From Symbiopectobacterium sp. (GTDB lineage: Bacteria > Pseudomonadota > Gammaproteobacteria > Enterobacterales > Enterobacteriaceae): 64,000 nt of DNA. The notes under the pieces were generated by a model. It ran no database searches, was not told the DNA's origin, and was given only the letters and a program-made list of their open reading frames with translations. The stretch is from NCBI GenBank assembly GCA_051710525.1, contig JBPESR010000007.1:8994-72993 (forward strand), given 5' to 3'. Within the stretch, counting starts at the first letter, position 1. Each line of letters begins with the position of its first letter. Positions 61,263 through 64,000 of this stretch are shown in pieces. The position numbers and the translations under genes are program-made.

Positions 61263-64000
61263 TTAATCAACGTTCAGCGCGTCGTTAACCAGATCTTGCT
61301 GTTGTTTCTGATGCACAGACATATAACCGACCGCTGGAGAGGCGGAGGCCGGACGTCCGGCGTAACGTAAAGACGCTCCAAAGGGAATCACTTCGCGGAA
61401 ATGGTGCTGGCTGCAATACCATGCCCCCTGATTGAGCGGCTCTTCCTGACACCAGACAAAATCATGCACGTGCGCAAACGGCGCTAACGCCGCCTGCACC
61501 GCCTGCTGCGGGAACGGGTAGAGTTGTTCGATGCGCACTATCGCCACGTTGTTCTGTTCATTCTTACGACGCTGTTCCAATAAATCATAGTAGACCTTGC
61601 CGGAACATAGCACGACGCGCTTCACTCCTTGCGGATCAAGTTCGTCAAGTTCACCGATAGCCGATTGGAACGCGCCGTTTGCCAACTCTTCCAGCGAAGA
61701 GATCGCCAGCGGATGGCGCAACAGCGATTTCGGTGACATCACCACCAGCGGACGACGCATACCGCGCAGCGCCTGACGACGCAACATATGGTAAACCTGC
61801 GCCGGAGTGGACGGAATGCACACCTGCATGTTTTGCTCGGCACACAGTTGCAGATAACGTTCGAGGCGCGCTGAGGAGTGCTCGGGCCCTTGGCCTTCAT
61901 AGCCATGCGGCAGCAGCATAACCAGGCCGCACATACGTCCCCACTTCTGCTCACCGGAGCAGATGAACTGATCGATCACCACTTGAGCACCGTTGGCGAA
62001 ATCACCGAACTGTGCTTCCCAAATGGTCAACGTGCTCGGCTCTGCCGTGGCGTAGCCGTATTCAAACGCCAGAATCGCCTCTTCGGATAATACCGAGTCC
62101 CACACGTTAAAGGTGCCCTGCGCATTATGCACATGTTCCAGCGGCGTGTAGCTCGAGCCATTCTTTTGGTTATGCACCACGGCATGGCGGTGGAAGAAGG
62201 TGCCACGGGCACTGTCTTCACCAGAAATACGAATAGGAATGCCATCATCCACCAGCGTGGCGTAGGCCAGGGTTTCCGCGCCGCCCCAATCGAATGGTTT
62301 GTTACCCAGCGCCATTTCGGCACGATTGGCGTACACCTTGACGACGCGCGGATGCATTTCAATGGAATCCGGTACTTCACTGATTCGTTTTGCCAATTCT
62401 TGCAGGCGTTTCATCTCCACCTTGTGCGGATAAGGCTCATCCCACTCGTGGTTCAGGTAAGGCGTCCAGGTGAAGGATTGCATGTCCATTTCACGCCACT
62501 CTTCCACCACGCATTCTCCTGCATCCAGCGCATCGCGATACAGGTTAACCTGCTCGATGGCATCCTCCAGCGTGATGCTTTTTTCCAATTCCAGGCGATC
62601 GGCATACACTTTGCGCGGCGTCGGGTGTTTTTTGATCTTCTGGTACATCATCGGCTGCGTAGCACTTGGCTCATCCGCTTCGTTATGACCATGACGGCGA
62701 TAGCAAATCAGATCAATAAACACATCGCGTTTGAATTCATTACGGAAATCCAACGCCAGGCGCATCACATAAGCGACCGCTTCCGGATCGTCAGCGTTAA
62801 CGTGGAAAATCGGCGCCTGCACCATCTTGCCAATGTCGGTGCAATATTCCGTGGAACGAATATCCAGCGGGTTGGAGGTGGTAAAACCGATGCGGTTGTT
62901 GATAACGATACGCAACGTACCGCCCACTTCATAGCCGCGCACGGTGGACATGTTCAGCAGTTCCTGCACCACGCCCTGCCCGCTGATGGCCACATCGCCG
63001 TGAATGGTCACCGGCAACACGCGTGGACCGCTCTCACTGCTGAGACGATCGAGGCGTGCACGCACGGAACCGGTCACCACCGGGCTGACAATCTCAAGGT
63101 GCGAGGGGTTAAACGCCAACGCCAAATGCACCAGACCGCCTTCGGTGGCAAATTCGGACGAAAAGCCCTGATGGTATTTCACATCACCGGTGCCGAGATG
63201 CTCTTTATGCTTACCGGCAAATTCATCGAACAAATCCTGCGGCTTTTTCCCCAACACGTTAACCAGAACATTGAGGCGACCACGGTGCGCCATGCCCAGC
63301 ACCACTTCACGCGTGCCGTTGTTGCCCGCATGGCGGATCATCTCTTTGAGCATCGGCACCAGCGCATCGCCACCTTCCAGCGAGAAGCGTTTAGCACCCG
63401 GGTATTTGGCCCCTAAATAGCGCTCCAGCCCTTCCGCCGCCGTCAGCTCTTTCAGGAAGCGACGTTTCTCTTCCAAACTGAAAGAAGGCTGGCCGGTAAT
63501 GGATTCGATACGCTGCTGAATCCAGCGTTTCTCATCGGTGCAGGTGATATGCATGTATTCCGCACCGATAGAGCCGCAGTAGGTGCGCTTCAAGGCGTCA
63601 TACAATTCACCAAGCTTCATGGTCTCTTTGCCGATGGCGAAAGAGCCAACGTTATAGGTATCCTGAAGGTCATCAGCCGTCAGGTTATGGTAAGCCAGAT
63701 CCAGTTCTGCAACCGGCGCTTGCGGGCGTAAATCGATCGGATCTAGCTTGGCTTGCTGATGTCCACGGAAACGAAACGCGTTTATCAGCTGCAATACTTT
63801 GACCTGCTTGGCGTCAATGTCAGGATCGATCACAGAGGAGCTAAAGCGCGAAGCGTCTTTCGCCAGACGACGGAAATAGTCGCGCGTTTTGGAATGCAGT
63901 TGATCGGGTTTGACCACAGCAGTGGGCAACTGCTGGAAGATAGACCGCCAGCTAAGATCGATAGAATCCGGATCGGTTAAAAAATCTTCATAGAGCTGTT
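61263..64000 (-). CDS. sucA: 2-oxoglutarate dehydrogenase E1 (start outside window)
   Basis: GMAHRGRLNVL, WEAQFGDFANG, PHGYEGQGPEHSSAR. Confidence 0.98.
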   Translation of the reverse strand, partial: QLYEDFLTDPDSIDLSWRSIFQQLPTAVVKPDQLHSKTRDYFRRLAKDASRFSSSVIDPDIDAKQVKVLQLINAFRFRGHQQAKLDPIDLRPQAPVAELDLAYHNLTADDLQDTYNVGSFAIGKETMKLGELYDALKRTYCGSIGAEYMHITCTDEKRWIQQRIESITGQPSFSLEEKRRFLKELTAAEGLERYLGAKYPGAKRFSLEGGDALVPMLKEMIRHAGNNGTREVVLGMAHRGRLNVLVNVLGKKPQDLFDEFAGKHKEHLGTGDVKYHQGFSSEFATEGGLVHLALAFNPSHLEIVSPVVTGSVRARLDRLSSESGPRVLPVTIHGDVAISGQGVVQELLNMSTVRGYEVGGTLRIVINNRIGFTTSNPLDIRSTEYCTDIGKMVQAPIFHVNADDPEAVAYVMRLALDFRNEFKRDVFIDLICYRRHGHNEADEPSATQPMMYQKIKKHPTPRKVYADRLELEKSITLEDAIEQVNLYRDALDAGECVVEEWREMDMQSFTWTPYLNHEWDEPYPHKVEMKRLQELAKRISEVPDSIEMHPRVVKVYANRAEMALGNKPFDWGGAETLAYATLVDDGIPIRISGEDSARGTFFHRHAVVHNQKNGSSYTPLEHVHNAQGTFNVWDSVLSEEAILAFEYGYATAEPSTLTIWEAQFGDFANGAQVVIDQFICSGEQKWGRMCGLVMLLPHGYEGQGPEHSSARLERYLQLCAEQNMQVCIPSTPAQVYHMLRRQALRGMRRPLVVMSPKSLLRHPLAISSLEELANGAFQSAIGELDELDPQGVKRVVLCSGKVYYDLLEQRRKNEQNNVAIVRIEQLYPFPQQAVQAALAPFAHVHDFVWCQEEPLNQGAWYCSQHHFREVIPFGASLRYAGRPASASPAVGYMSVHQKQQQDLVNDALNVD

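Noticed and set aside
62127-63416. Long antisense ORFs (429 aa opposite sucA; also opposite sucC, sucB, gapA)
   Set aside because: Shadow frames of conserved genes arising from codon bias; no independent motifs or starts.

Overview
Enterobacterial chromosome in early reductive evolution. The gene content is Pectobacteriaceae-like; a Symbiopectobacterium/Sodalis-type recent endosymbiont is an inference, not an identification. Intact blocks: yacC, hpt, yadGH, panCB-folK-pcnB, dksA-sfsA, mipA, gapA, ansA, tolQRAB-pal-cpoB, cydABX, sucABCD. Dead or truncated: tad pilus locus, nrdHE, speDE, an iron-type ABC transporter, can, panD, gluQ, thpR, nhaB, fadR, ycgB, dadA, an MFS transporter, a peptide ABC transporter, yeaE, yeaD, msrB, pncA, sppA, aroG, qorB/qorR, ybgC and a tRNA-Lys. 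At least four chromosomal neighbourhoods are joined: at a degraded IS1, at a degraded IS3/IS911-like element, and at IS-free microhomology junctions. The main unexplained signal is mutational. More than 70 short tandem duplications (counted by eye; mostly 15-32 bp, often 0-2 bp of junction homology) saturate pseudogenes and spacers, but are absent or in-frame in intact genes. There are also stuttered mosaics of locally templated fragments and a 204-bp G-free (TATCTTC)n-cored tract near a rearrangement breakpoint.
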